Positions 30,154-39,274 of a stretch of DNA of 64,000 bases are shown one piece after another. A model generated the notes under the pieces. That model saw only the letters and a list, made by a program, of their open reading frames with translations, was not told the DNA's origin and did not search any database. The position numbers were made by a program, and so were the translations under genes. The stretch comes from Polyangiaceae bacterium (GTDB taxonomy: Bacteria; Myxococcota_A; Polyangia; Polyangiales; Polyangiaceae): NCBI GenBank assembly GCA_965222375.1, contig CBDCTZ010000014.1, positions 1-64,000 of the forward strand, in the 5' to 3' direction. How positions within the stretch are numbered: position 1 is the stretch's first letter; every line of letters starts with the position of its first letter.

Positions 30154-30206
30154 GCCGAGCCCTTTCTGGAAACAGCGTACTGCTACTCACGCGTGTGGCC
30201 AAGGCT

Positions 30207-30390
30207 TGCGCTGCGGTGGCACTTGCGGGGCCCTGCACGAGAGTAGTGGCCCACCCCACCCCAGCGATGCGACCCCAACCCAGCTACACAAAGACGAAAA
30301 CGGCCGCTCCCCAATTCGGACAGCGGCCGCTCTCGCGGGAGTCACCTTTGCTGGCGAAAGTGCTCACCGTGTGTCGCGCAAAACTCGTCT
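30207..30390. repeat. diverged copy of the mdh 3' UTR/terminator
   Basis: GTGTGTCGCGCAAAACTCGTCT identical to 32866-32887; degenerate palindrome and CGGCCG terminator hairpin. Confidence 0.85.
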
Positions 30391-30657
30391 CTACGACGAC
30401 TTCTTCACGACCTCGACAACGCTCATCACGCTCTCGGCGCTCTTCTTCAAGTTGCTCTTTTCGTCTTCGGTCAGGTCGATCTGCACGATCTTCTCCACGC
30501 CGCCTGCGCCGATCACGCACGGAACGCCCATAAAGAAATCCTTGTAGCCGTACTCGCCCTCTAGGTACGCGGCGGCGGGCAAAAGGCGCTTTTGGTCGTA
30601 GAGGTACGCTTCGGCCATGGCGATGGCTGCGGCTGCGGGGGCGTAGTAGGCGCTGGT
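30391..30657 (-). pseudogene. mdh: displaced mdh 3' end (88 codons + stop)
   Basis: TSAYYAP...VVKKSS* identical in protein to mdh 32888-33154; ~18 nt differences, all synonymous. Confidence 0.93.
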
Positions 30658-30662
30658 CTTGA

Positions 30663-30783
30663 TGCCCACCCCCAGCGTGCTCGGCCTTCGGCCTGCGCGC
30701 GCTGCCCCTCCCTTACGCCGTGCTCGGCGGCCGCGGCGGCAGCGCTCACCACGTCAGGCCGCCTGCGCGCGGCATGGGAGGGG
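30663..30783. repeat. REP-like palindromic element (empty intron target)
   Basis: TGCCCACCCCCAGCGTGCT matches 26352-26370; the 26-nt GCCGCCTGCGCGCGGCATGGGAGGGG is identical to 28365-28390; CCCCTCCC...GGGAGGGG hairpin. Confidence 0.85.
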
Positions 30784-31166
30784 TGGTGAAGCGCTCACCG
30801 CAGCCCATGCGCCAAATTTCCTGCCCCACGAGGAACGCGGCGCGGAACGTTCGTCCGAAGCAGTGTCTCTGCCGGTCGCACGCGTTGGTCCAGGTCCGTG
30901 CTCCAGCAACTAGCGCTGACTTTGTCGCTCCACCGGCAATACGGATCTCCGACGATATCGGAGCATGAGAATTGACCCGAATCAAGTTGAGCAGATTTTG
31001 CACAACCCTACGAACCTTCTTTGGATTCGCCAGGTTCGAGCGCGGCGTACGTTGCTCTGACTCTGCCGCGCGCCAGTATCGCGACTGCATGACCCTCTTC
31101 AAGATCGGTCACTCTGCGCGCGGGTTGTTGGCATTTGGAGAGCCCTGCCGTAGTCTCGAAGATCTC

Positions 31167-32597
31167 ATGCGTGTCCTCTCAGGCCTTTCCGTCGCGCTGG
31201 TCACAACGTCATGTGTCATCACCGCATGCTCAGGCGACAACGCTCCCGGTGCGACTGGCATGGGTGGCACAGGTGGCGTGTCGTGCATGGCTAGCGGCTG
31301 TCCAGCCGGGATGGAGTGCGCGGCGAATGGCGCTTGCACGCCTGGAGTCAGTGGCGCTGGGGGAAGCGCTGGCAGCGCTTCGAAGGTATGTGTCGATCGC
31401 TGCAACCTGCTCGCTCAGCCTGGATGCTCCAAGTTCCCCGGGATTGGACCCTGCCGTGCAGACTGCGAGGCCGAGCGTCAGAAGCACCCGGCGTGTACCG
31501 GCGCCCTGGACGCCATGTGGAAATGCGCGGTAGCCGCCAGCTTCGCAGAATGCTTCAACGGTATACCGTTAGTGGTCGACCCATCGCTGGACAAGTGCGA
31601 CCCTGAGGCTGAGGCATACTATCTCTGCTTGGCCGCAGCCAACGGGATAGACTTCTTGCGCGGCTCGGGGGAACTCACAGCGGATCCCAAGGCGGTGAGC
31701 GCTGACGGCGAGGTGGTTGTTGGCAACCTATCCAGCCCCACGGACAGCGAGGCGTTTCGCTGGACGAAATCCGCCGGGATGCTCCCGCTGGGTGTTCCCC
31801 CCGCCGCCGGTGGCGAAAAGAGGTACGCCGATGGTATCAGTGCGGATGGCATCTGGATTGTCGGCCAATCCTGGGCGCCGAAGAGCGGAGCAACCCCATT
31901 CCGCTGGAGCGTGACGTCGGGATTCCAGGGGCTCGGGACTCTGTCAACCCAAGTGTCGGACACGAACGGCGACGGCAGCGTAATTGTAGGTTGGAAAGAC
32001 GGCCTGCCGTTTCGTTGGACGGCGGCAACTGGCCCCGAAACGATCGGATCAGAGAGTGGCACCGTGTACGCCGTCAGCGATGACGGAGCGGTCAGTGTCG
32101 GCATCTGCCCCACTCAGGCAGGCGTGGCTCGCGCGTGCAGGTGGACCAATTCGGTGAAGCAGCAGCTACAGGCCGGCGCGGGCCCATTCCCACACGATTT
32201 CGCTGCGGGAGTCAGCGCAGACGGAAAGGTGGCTGTCGGTAGCGCTAACACATCGGACGGCGTCACCGAAGCAGTGTGGTGGGACGAGAGCGGGAATCTT
32301 CATGCAATTGGTACGCTTGGGTCCAAGTTCACCCAAGCACTCGCGGCCAGCGCGGATGGCCAAATTATTGTAGGTAAGAGCTGTCCCAGTCCGTCGTCCT
32401 GCGAATCCCACGGCCACGGTTTCGTTTGGGACGCTACAAACGGAATGCGGACACTCGAGCAGGTCTTGAAGGCGAGCGGGATAGAGCTTGGTCGCTTCGG
32501 CCCGGCTGCTGACGTTTCCGCCGACGGAAGCGTTGTCGTTGGGCGCACGGAACTCTTCAAGAGTCAGGTCGGTTATCGCGTCGCTATTCCCAAGTAG
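31167..32597 (+). CDS. lipoprotein with HAF-type extracellular repeats
   Basis: ITAC lipobox; repeated VSADGxVVVG...AFRWT motifs. Confidence 0.85.
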   Translation: MRVLSGLSVALVTTSCVITACSGDNAPGATGMGGTGGVSCMASGCPAGMECAANGACTPGVSGAGGSAGSASKVCVDRCNLLAQPGCSKFPGIGPCRADCEAERQKHPACTGALDAMWKCAVAASFAECFNGIPLVVDPSLDKCDPEAEAYYLCLAAANGIDFLRGSGELTADPKAVSADGEVVVGNLSSPTDSEAFRWTKSAGMLPLGVPPAAGGEKRYADGISADGIWIVGQSWAPKSGATPFRWSVTSGFQGLGTLSTQVSDTNGDGSVIVGWKDGLPFRWTAATGPETIGSESGTVYAVSDDGAVSVGICPTQAGVARACRWTNSVKQQLQAGAGPFPHDFAAGVSADGKVAVGSANTSDGVTEAVWWDESGNLHAIGTLGSKFTQALAASADGQIIVGKSCPSPSSCESHGHGFVWDATNGMRTLEQVLKASGIELGRFGPAADVSADGSVVVGRTELFKSQVGYRVAIPK

Positions 32598-32646
32598 ATA
32601 CCCGACGGGGGAGCAGCCGTCTTCGCGTAGTGCGTGAAGCTGCGAA

Positions 32647-32721
32647 CTAGCTCGACTTCTTCACCACCTCAACAACGCTCATCACGGCTTCAGCGCTCTA
32701 CTCGCCCTCGAGGTACGCTGC
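32647..32721 (-). pseudogene. mdh: internally deleted mdh 3'-end remnant
   Basis: Minus strand AAYLEGE joined to [16 protein letters not shown]; ~108 nt missing relative to mdh. Confidence 0.85.
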
Positions 32722-32798
32722 GCAGGCCGACACTCGGCAACAAGAGTCCGACACGCGCACCATCGACGCGCCCCCAAACCCAACAAAACAGAACGTAG

Positions 32799-32830
32799 AA
32801 ACGGCCGTCCCCAACTTGGAAACGGCCGCT
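32799..32830 (-). terminator. probable intrinsic terminator of mdh
   Basis: Minus strand CGGCCGTTTCCAAGTTGGGGACGGCCG stem followed by TTT and a T-rich tract. Confidence 0.65.
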
Positions 32831-32837
32831 GTCGCGT

Positions 32838-32865
32838 GGGTCACCTTCGCTAGCGAAGGTGACCC
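32838..32865. repeat. perfect 28-bp palindrome in the mdh 3' UTR
   Basis: GGGTCACCTTCGCTAGCGAAGGTGACCC. Confidence 0.9.
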
Positions 32866-32887
32866 GTGTGTCGCGCAAAACTCGTCT

Positions 32888-33826
32888 CTACGACGACTTC
32901 TTCACCACCTCGACAACGCTCATCACGCTCTCGGCGCTCTTCTTCAAGTTGCTCTTCTCGTCTTCGGTGAGATCGATCTGGACGATCTTCTCGACGCCGC
33001 CGGCGCCGATGACGCACGGGACGCCCATGAAGAAGTCTTTGTAGCCGTATTCGCCTTCGAGGTACGCGGCGGCGGGGAGGAGGCGCTTTTGGTCGTAGAG
33101 GTACGCTTCGGCCATGGCGATGGCTGCGGCTGCGGGGGCGTAGTAGGCGCTGGTGCCCATGAGGCCGACGATTTCGCCGCCGCCTTTGCGGGTGCGGGTG
33201 ATGATGGCGTCGAGTTTGTCCTTTTCGATCAGCTGGGAGAGGGGGACGCCGTCGATGGTGCAGGCGCTGAGGACGGGGACCATGGTGTCGCCGTGGCCTC
33301 CTAGGACCATGGTGCGGATGTCTTTGACGCTGGCGCCGAGCTCGCGGGCTAGGAACAGGCTGAAGCGGGCGCTGTCGAGGACGCCGGCCATGCCGACGAC
33401 TTGGCTCTTGGGCTTGCCGGTTTTGCGCATCAGCTCGTAGACCATGGCGTCCAGCGGGTTGCTGATCACGATGGCGAAGGCATCGGGGCAGTGCTTCTTC
33501 ATGTTGTCCGCAACGTCGCGGATGATGGGCAGGTTGATGCCGACGAGGTCATCCCGGCTCTGGCCGGGCTTGCGGGGAATGCCCGCGGTGATGATCAGGA
33601 CGTCGGAGCCGGCGCAGTCGGCCCAGTTGCTGCTGCCGACTACGTTGGCGTCAGCGCCGGATTGGGTGCTGGCTTGCTCGAGGTCGAGAGCTTTGCCCTT
33701 GGCGAAGTCCTCTTTCGGCTTGATGTCGAAGAGCACGACGTCGCCCAGTTGCTTCAACACACATAGGTTGGCCAGCTCGCCACCGATGTTGCCTGCGCCA
33801 ATCAGCGAAATTTTCTTGCGTGCCAT
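32888..33826 (-). CDS. mdh: malate dehydrogenase (LDH-like)
   Basis: IGAGNIG, TAGIPRKPGQSRDDL, SNPLD, GVLDSARF, GGHGD, SAYYAP. Confidence 0.98.
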   Translation of the reverse strand: MARKKISLIGAGNIGGELANLCVLKQLGDVVLFDIKPKEDFAKGKALDLEQASTQSGADANVVGSSNWADCAGSDVLIITAGIPRKPGQSRDDLVGINLPIIRDVADNMKKHCPDAFAIVISNPLDAMVYELMRKTGKPKSQVVGMAGVLDSARFSLFLARELGASVKDIRTMVLGGHGDTMVPVLSACTIDGVPLSQLIEKDKLDAIITRTRKGGGEIVGLMGTSAYYAPAAAAIAMAEAYLYDQKRLLPAAAYLEGEYGYKDFFMGVPCVIGAGGVEKIVQIDLTEDEKSNLKKSAESVMSVVEVVKKSS

Positions 33827-33848
33827 GTTAGGCCACCTTTCTTTTTCG

Positions 33849-33924
33849 GGGCGGTCCCGCGAAGCATCGCGCGGCCGTATCGTTTTCGTTGTTTCGGGCG
33901 GTCCCGCGAAGCATCGCGCGGCCG
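33849..33924 (-). promoter_or_regulatory. two identical 29-nt hairpins in the mdh leader
   Basis: GGGCGGTCCCGCGAAGCATCGCGCGGCCG at 33849-33877 and 33896-33924; CGCGA/TCGCG stem. Confidence 0.6.
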
Positions 33925-34108
33925 CTCACGCTCCCGACAGCGGGGGAAGTGCGCCCGGGGGCGGCACGCCCGAGGGAGTAGATCAGCCCCCGAGGGTCTG
34001 CAACTCGGGCATGATTTCCCCCACTTTGGGCCCCGCAGGAAGTGCGCCGCAATCGAAACGAGCGGCGGAGTTTCGTAGGCTCAGCGCGCTAGCTGACGAC
34101 GCGGACGC

Positions 34109-35173
34109 TCAAGAGCAGGTGCCGCCCTGACAAGTCTTTTGACCCTTGCACACGTTGCCGCAGAAGCCGCAGTTGTTCGAGTCCGTCGACGTGTTGATGC
34201 ACACGCTGCCGCTACCAGGGCACAGTTTTGTGCCGGTCTTGCACACGCAATTGCCTTGGGAGCACATCCTGTCCGCGGCGCACACCTTGCCGCAAGCGCC
34301 ACAGTTGGTGCTCGTGCCCAGGCTGGTGCAGACGCCACCGCACTCCGACTGGTGCGAGGCGCACTTGCAGGTGCCGCCGTAGCACTGTTTGCCACCGGTG
34401 CAGACTTTGCCGCAGCCGCCGCAGTTGGCCTCGTCGGTCCAGGTGTCGACGCAGACGCTGCCGCACGTCATCTTGCCCGGCGAGCCACCGGGCGTGCACA
34501 CGCACTTGCCGTTGTCACACTTCAGGCCCGCGCCGCAGACCTTGCCACAGGCGCCGCAGTTGTTGTCGTTGTAGGACAGGCTGGTGCAGGAGCCCTTGAC
34601 GCATTCTGCTTCGCCCGGTCCGCAGGCGCACTTGCCGCCGATGCATGAGCCGTAGCAACAGCCGAAGCCCTTGGGGCAGGAGTCACCGAGCAGCCCACAG
34701 CAGCTGTCACCGTCGCATTTGCCGCTGCAGCAAATGCTCGCGGTCGAATGGGTGCACAGGTAGCCGGCTGGTGAACAGCTGGACGAACCTCCTGTGCCGC
34801 TAGCCGCGCCGGTGCCACTGGAGCCGCCGCTGGCGCCGGAGCCGCCCGTTGCGCCCGTGCCGCCGTTGGCGCCGGAGCCGCCCGTTGCGCCCGTGCCGCC
34901 GTTGGCGCCGGAGCCGCCCGTTGCGCCCGTGCCGCCGTTGGCGCCTGTGCCGGCTGATCCGCTGCTCGCCCCTGTGCCACTGCCCGCCGTGGCGCCGTTG
35001 CCCGCGGTTCCGCCATTGCCACCGGGTGTGCCAGCATTGCCGCCGTTTCCGGCAGCCGAACTGCCAGCTGCGGCGTCCCCGCTGCTACCAATATTCGCCG
35101 AGTCGTCACCCGAGCACGCGACCACCAGCGACAGCGCTCCCAGAGCCAATACCGCCGAACGCCAAAGCTTCAT
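34109..35173 (-). CDS. Cys-rich lipoprotein (NCGxCG repeats)
   Basis: VVAC lipobox, GGSGANGGTGAT repeats, four NCGxCGxVC repeats. Confidence 0.85.
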   Translation of the reverse strand: MKLWRSAVLALGALSLVVACSGDDSANIGSSGDAAAGSSAAGNGGNAGTPGGNGGTAGNGATAGSGTGASSGSAGTGANGGTGATGGSGANGGTGATGGSGANGGTGATGGSGASGGSSGTGAASGTGGSSSCSPAGYLCTHSTASICCSGKCDGDSCCGLLGDSCPKGFGCCYGSCIGGKCACGPGEAECVKGSCTSLSYNDNNCGACGKVCGAGLKCDNGKCVCTPGGSPGKMTCGSVCVDTWTDEANCGGCGKVCTGGKQCYGGTCKCASHQSECGGVCTSLGTSTNCGACGKVCAADRMCSQGNCVCKTGTKLCPGSGSVCINTSTDSNNCGFCGNVCKGQKTCQGGTCS

Positions 35174-35304
35174 GTGTCGCAACATCCCAATTCACATTGA
35201 AGCTCGGACCGCCGCGCGGGGCAACCGTCCTGTGGCACGACGGTTGCTTGAGGGGGGCTCCGACTTGATTTGGCACATCCTGGCACCGGCAAGGAATGAG
35301 GGAC

Positions 35305-36690
35305 ATGAACGACTCCACACGACGACTGCGATTGAAACTGCTCACGGCTTTGGCCACCACGGGCATGGTGACCTCGGCCTGCGGAGGTTCCGTTGATGCT
35401 GGACTCACCGGTGGCACAGGTGGCCAGGGCGCGACAGGTGGATCGGTTACCGGTGGCACCGGGGGCAAGAGCACCGGAGGCACGGGTGGCACGAGTACCG
35501 GTGGCGTTGCCGGGCAGGGTGGCATCGGTGGCGATGCGGGCTTTGGCGGGATCGCTGGCTTTGGGGGCGACGCGGGCTTTGGGGGCACAGCGGGTATCGG
35601 TGGAGATGCGGGCTTCGGCGGTGTCGGCGGCGCTGGGGGCGATGGGCCCTTCATCAAGGGCACGGTCGAGTGTAGCTCGTGCTTCAACAGCAATTGGACG
35701 ACCTGTTGGAAGGCGGGCAAGGTTCCGGTGAATCCGAACACGCCGCCCCCCACGGGCGCGTGTCCATCGGGTTACGATATCAAGTGGGACGCCTATGAGC
35801 CGTGCAAGGACGGTTGGGGCGCCTACTATCAGAAAGATCCCGTCTTTGTGGACGGCTACTGCTGCTACGAAACCGGCCTGCAGTGCCCAGGTGGGCGTCC
35901 CTTCAAGGTGGACGGGGAACTTCGCGTGGCCGAGGTGTGCCAGCGCTACGATTGGAAGGGCGACCTGAACTCCGCTGCGGAGGTCCTCGACCCGACGACC
36001 GCGAAGGCGCTGACCAGCGCGTGGCTCGGCGACGCTCAGCTCGAGCATGCCTCGGTGGCCGCCTTTGCGCGGCTCACGCTGGAATTGATGGCTCTCGGTG
36101 CTCCCGCGTCCTTGGTGCGGGAGTCTCAGGCGGCCTCCATCGACGAGATCAAACACGCGGAGAACTGTTTCGCGCTGGCGTCGCGTTACGCCAAAGCCGA
36201 TCTGGGGCCGAGTCAGCTCTCTCTCGACGGCGTGATCGGCAACATCACGCTGGAACAGTTGGTGCGGACCACTTTCGAGGAGGGCTGCGTTGGGGAAACC
36301 TTGGCCGCGGTACAAGCTGCTGCCGCCTGGCGCGCGGCTGGCGACGAGACGACCCGCAATGTGCTCGAGGCCATCGAGCGAGAAGAGTCCGAGCATGCGG
36401 CCTTGGCGTTCCGCATTCTGCGCTGGGCCTTGGCGGTGGATCCCAGCTTGCGCGGGGTTGTCCGTGAGGAACTCGCGCTCGCTCGAGAGCGCGAGCAGCA
36501 TCTGGATCTGGTGCCCATGCCCGACGACGTCGATCTGGACGCCTGGCACCACCACGGTCGGCTCACGCCGTCGGAGTTGGTCGCCGCGCGCAGCAGCGCG
36601 TTCACCGAGGTGGTGGAGCCCTGTGTCAACACGCTCTTGGGCGAGCCCGACGCTGAGCAACGTGTCGCGCTCTCCGCCCTGGGTGCGTGA
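35305..36690 (+). CDS. ferritin-like (di-iron) domain protein with lipoprotein-like N-terminus
   Basis: EHASVAAFARL, DEIKHA, EGCVGET, EESEHA; TSAC and Gly linker; start 35296 or 35305. Confidence 0.85.
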   Translation: MNDSTRRLRLKLLTALATTGMVTSACGGSVDAGLTGGTGGQGATGGSVTGGTGGKSTGGTGGTSTGGVAGQGGIGGDAGFGGIAGFGGDAGFGGTAGIGGDAGFGGVGGAGGDGPFIKGTVECSSCFNSNWTTCWKAGKVPVNPNTPPPTGACPSGYDIKWDAYEPCKDGWGAYYQKDPVFVDGYCCYETGLQCPGGRPFKVDGELRVAEVCQRYDWKGDLNSAAEVLDPTTAKALTSAWLGDAQLEHASVAAFARLTLELMALGAPASLVRESQAASIDEIKHAENCFALASRYAKADLGPSQLSLDGVIGNITLEQLVRTTFEEGCVGETLAAVQAAAAWRAAGDETTRNVLEAIEREESEHAALAFRILRWALAVDPSLRGVVREELALAREREQHLDLVPMPDDVDLDAWHHHGRLTPSELVAARSSAFTEVVEPCVNTLLGEPDAEQRVALSALGA

Positions 36691-36707
36691 GCGTCATAAA
36701 CAGCAGC

Positions 36708-37163
36708 TCACAACCGTGAGCCGCTCACGCTCGCCGGCACGGAGCAGGCGTTGTCAGCGCAGACAACGGACGCGGTGCCGCTGAAGCTCTGGCCTGCGCT
36801 GTCCAGGGTCACGTTGTAGCTCCCGCTCATGGACGTGCAGCCTTGCACCGGGTAACGCTCGCCCGAGTAGGTGATGGTGTGGCCGCTCATCGTGCCGGTG
36901 ACGGCGTTGCTGGCCCCACTGCGTTCGTCATAGAAGACGAGGGAATTTCCGGACTGGGACACGACGACCAAAGTCCAGCTGTCCGACGTGCCCACGGCCA
37001 CTCCGCAGGAGTTGCTGCCCGATACCGACTCAGTGACGGACCAACGCGAACCGGCCAAGTTGGTGAACGCAGGCGCACTCAGGGAACCGCCGCCTCCGCT
37101 GCCGCCGCCGCCGCAGCTTGTCAGGACGACCAACGACAACCCGAGAGTCAGGTGGCGCCACAT
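36708..37163 (-). CDS. lipoprotein
   Basis: MWRHLTLGLSLVVLTSC lipobox, small beta-rich domain. Confidence 0.75.
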   Translation of the reverse strand: MWRHLTLGLSLVVLTSCGGGGSGGGGSLSAPAFTNLAGSRWSVTESVSGSNSCGVAVGTSDSWTLVVVSQSGNSLVFYDERSGASNAVTGTMSGHTITYSGERYPVQGCTSMSGSYNVTLDSAGQSFSGTASVVCADNACSVPASVSGSRL

Positions 37164-37371
37164 GTGGCGAAGGCTAGAGCAAGTGCGGAGGTCGTGCAAA
37201 CCTGTGGAACCCGCCCTCAAGTGCGGATGTCGTGCAAAGTCGCGGGACCCGCCGTCAGATAGGAATGGCTGGAATATCGTCTGGGTTTCATCCTCGGCGC
37301 AGTATGCCTGCACCAGGCATCTCGCGCCCGGTCACGTTTCGAGCCAGCTTGATCTTTCTTGATCTTGCGCG

Positions 37372-39168
37372 CTACCGGACCACGGGAGGCTCGTAGATCT
37401 TCTTCACCGCGGCACCACCAGCGAAGGAGTAGGCGTCAGCATTGGCGTAGCCGTAAGCCATGATGCTGAAGGGCGTGTCCCCCGCCAGGCGGTGCACGCC
37501 TGCACTGATCTTGCAGCGGCGTGACTCGTAGCTCTTGCCGTCGAGCTCACCCACGCTCGTGACCTTGCAGCCCGTGGGAGTCGCGCCGTCGACGGTGATG
37601 CTGCTGCCGGTCTCGGCGGCGATCACGACCCAGTTTTCCTTCCAGCCGGCCGGAGACAGAAACACGTAGTTCTTCTGCGCCTGCTCGACCGGGGGGAAGA
37701 TGGTGAAAGACGGGTCACCCTTGGGCACGCCTTGGATGTAGCCCTGGGAAACGAGGTATTGCCCGACCAAGACGGGTTTGTCCGAGGTGACGATGATGTC
37801 TTTCTGGGTCCAGGTTTCTTTGACTTCGCCGGGCTCGACCGTGAACTTGTCGTAGGGCGGAGGGAGCGTGGTGGTCACGTTGGCGGTCTCTGCGCCACCC
37901 ATGAAGCGCAGCACGTCGGGCTCCTCGTAGCTCAGGGTCGAGCGCACGGGGCTACGGGTGATGATGAACTTTTTGCCGATGGCCTCCAGTGGGAAGAGCT
38001 GCTCTTCGAGGTGTTGTAGGCAGCAGCCGCCGCCGTTCTTCTCGTCCCAGCCCGGGAACTTGGGCGCATCGAAGGGCACACCGACGCCGGAGGACTCGGT
38101 GCCGCTGAACACGGCTACAGGCTTGTCGGAGTCGACGACGGAGCCAGTGAAGTCGGAGCAGTAGGGCGCGTCCTGGTCGTTGAGACACTCGGCGAAGGTG
38201 GCGTCGTCGGTCTCGAGGTTCAACACGTCGAAGGGACCCAGCTCGACGTGGATCAATCCGCCAGGCTTGGTCGCTGCAATGGGTGGATTCCCCCGAACGC
38301 GCCAGTGCGGATACACGGTGACCTTGGTCTTCTCTTGGGTGCCGAGGATCGTGATGTACGCCCGCTCGATGAACGCGCCAGGGGCCGGGTAGGAGTGCGC
38401 CGCTGACCAACCCAGGACACGATACTTGGTACCGAGGGATGGCGTTGGAATCAGCAACGAGGCATCCGTCGAATAGCCGTGCACGAGATTATTGAACTGG
38501 TAGACGACGATGGGCTGAGTGCTTGATACGCGAAATGCACGGGAGGTGAGGCAGGTCCCTGGTGCGTCGTGGTCGTTGGGGAATGCACCACAGTCGATTT
38601 CGCGCGTTGGCATCGTCACTCGCGCCAGGTCGTCCGGGTTGATGGTCTCTTGCCAGACCTGCTTGGTCTGTAGGGGCTGTCCGGGTAGGGCGTCGTTTTG
38701 CTCGATGGTCACCACGGCTGGCGTTCCGCCAGCATTGGCGATCGCTAGCCCCCAATCGTAGGCCGCGGGATTCGTGATGAGGTCGGCTTGATCGAGGTCT
38801 ACCGCCCAGAACTCACAGCCGATGTTGGAAGGATCGCTTTCTGCTTTCTCGCAGCCACTCACGCAGAAACCTCGGTCGCAAACCAAACCAATGCCGGCGT
38901 TGCAGGTTTCGAGCAGTGCGCCCGGCTCGCCATTTTTGCAACTGTGGACCTCGTTGCCAACGCACATGGTTCCCTGAGCGGAGCACGGCGTGCATCCCAC
39001 GCAAGGAGAGCCGTCCACGATGGGTGCTCCGCCGGTCCCGCTGTCCATGCCAACCGCGGCGCCAGTGCCAGTGTTCTGACCCACGACACCTTCATTGGCA
39101 GAGCACGCTGCGGCGACACTTCCGCAGAGCGTAAACAACAGGCACAGCTTCAAGTACGCTTTCATCAT
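37372..39168 (-). CDS. IgGFc-binding-protein-like lipoprotein
   Basis: AAAC lipobox, SNIGCEFWAVDLD, STDASLLIP, HLEEQLFP, GDPSF, YSFAGG. Confidence 0.88.
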   Translation of the reverse strand: MMKAYLKLCLLFTLCGSVAAACSANEGVVGQNTGTGAAVGMDSGTGGAPIVDGSPCVGCTPCSAQGTMCVGNEVHSCKNGEPGALLETCNAGIGLVCDRGFCVSGCEKAESDPSNIGCEFWAVDLDQADLITNPAAYDWGLAIANAGGTPAVVTIEQNDALPGQPLQTKQVWQETINPDDLARVTMPTREIDCGAFPNDHDAPGTCLTSRAFRVSSTQPIVVYQFNNLVHGYSTDASLLIPTPSLGTKYRVLGWSAAHSYPAPGAFIERAYITILGTQEKTKVTVYPHWRVRGNPPIAATKPGGLIHVELGPFDVLNLETDDATFAECLNDQDAPYCSDFTGSVVDSDKPVAVFSGTESSGVGVPFDAPKFPGWDEKNGGGCCLQHLEEQLFPLEAIGKKFIITRSPVRSTLSYEEPDVLRFMGGAETANVTTTLPPPYDKFTVEPGEVKETWTQKDIIVTSDKPVLVGQYLVSQGYIQGVPKGDPSFTIFPPVEQAQKNYVFLSPAGWKENWVVIAAETGSSITVDGATPTGCKVTSVGELDGKSYESRRCKISAGVHRLAGDTPFSIMAYGYANADAYSFAGGAAVKKIYEPPVVR

Positions 39169-39274
39169 CGACGCTCCTCGAGGTGGCGGCAGCGTCGAAC
39201 CCTTCGGTCGCGCTCGCCCTCTTTGGAGTGCATGGCCGGTGAAGCGAAGTCTTTGCTGAGTTTTTTCCCTCGCA

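Noticed and set aside
26903..30657. DGR or retron interpretation of the RT plus the mdh duplicate
   Set aside because: The RT sits inside a full group II ribozyme and has domain X; the mdh differences are synonymous and not adenine-specific
30207..30657. mdh copy as an RT-generated retrocopy
   Set aside because: Homology extends beyond the terminator, and synonymous-only divergence implies a separate functional allele
34830..34945. 36-bp tandem repeats (and similar repeats at ~8760, ~16380, ~35530)
   Set aside because: They are in-frame Gly-rich linker coding repeats of lipoproteins
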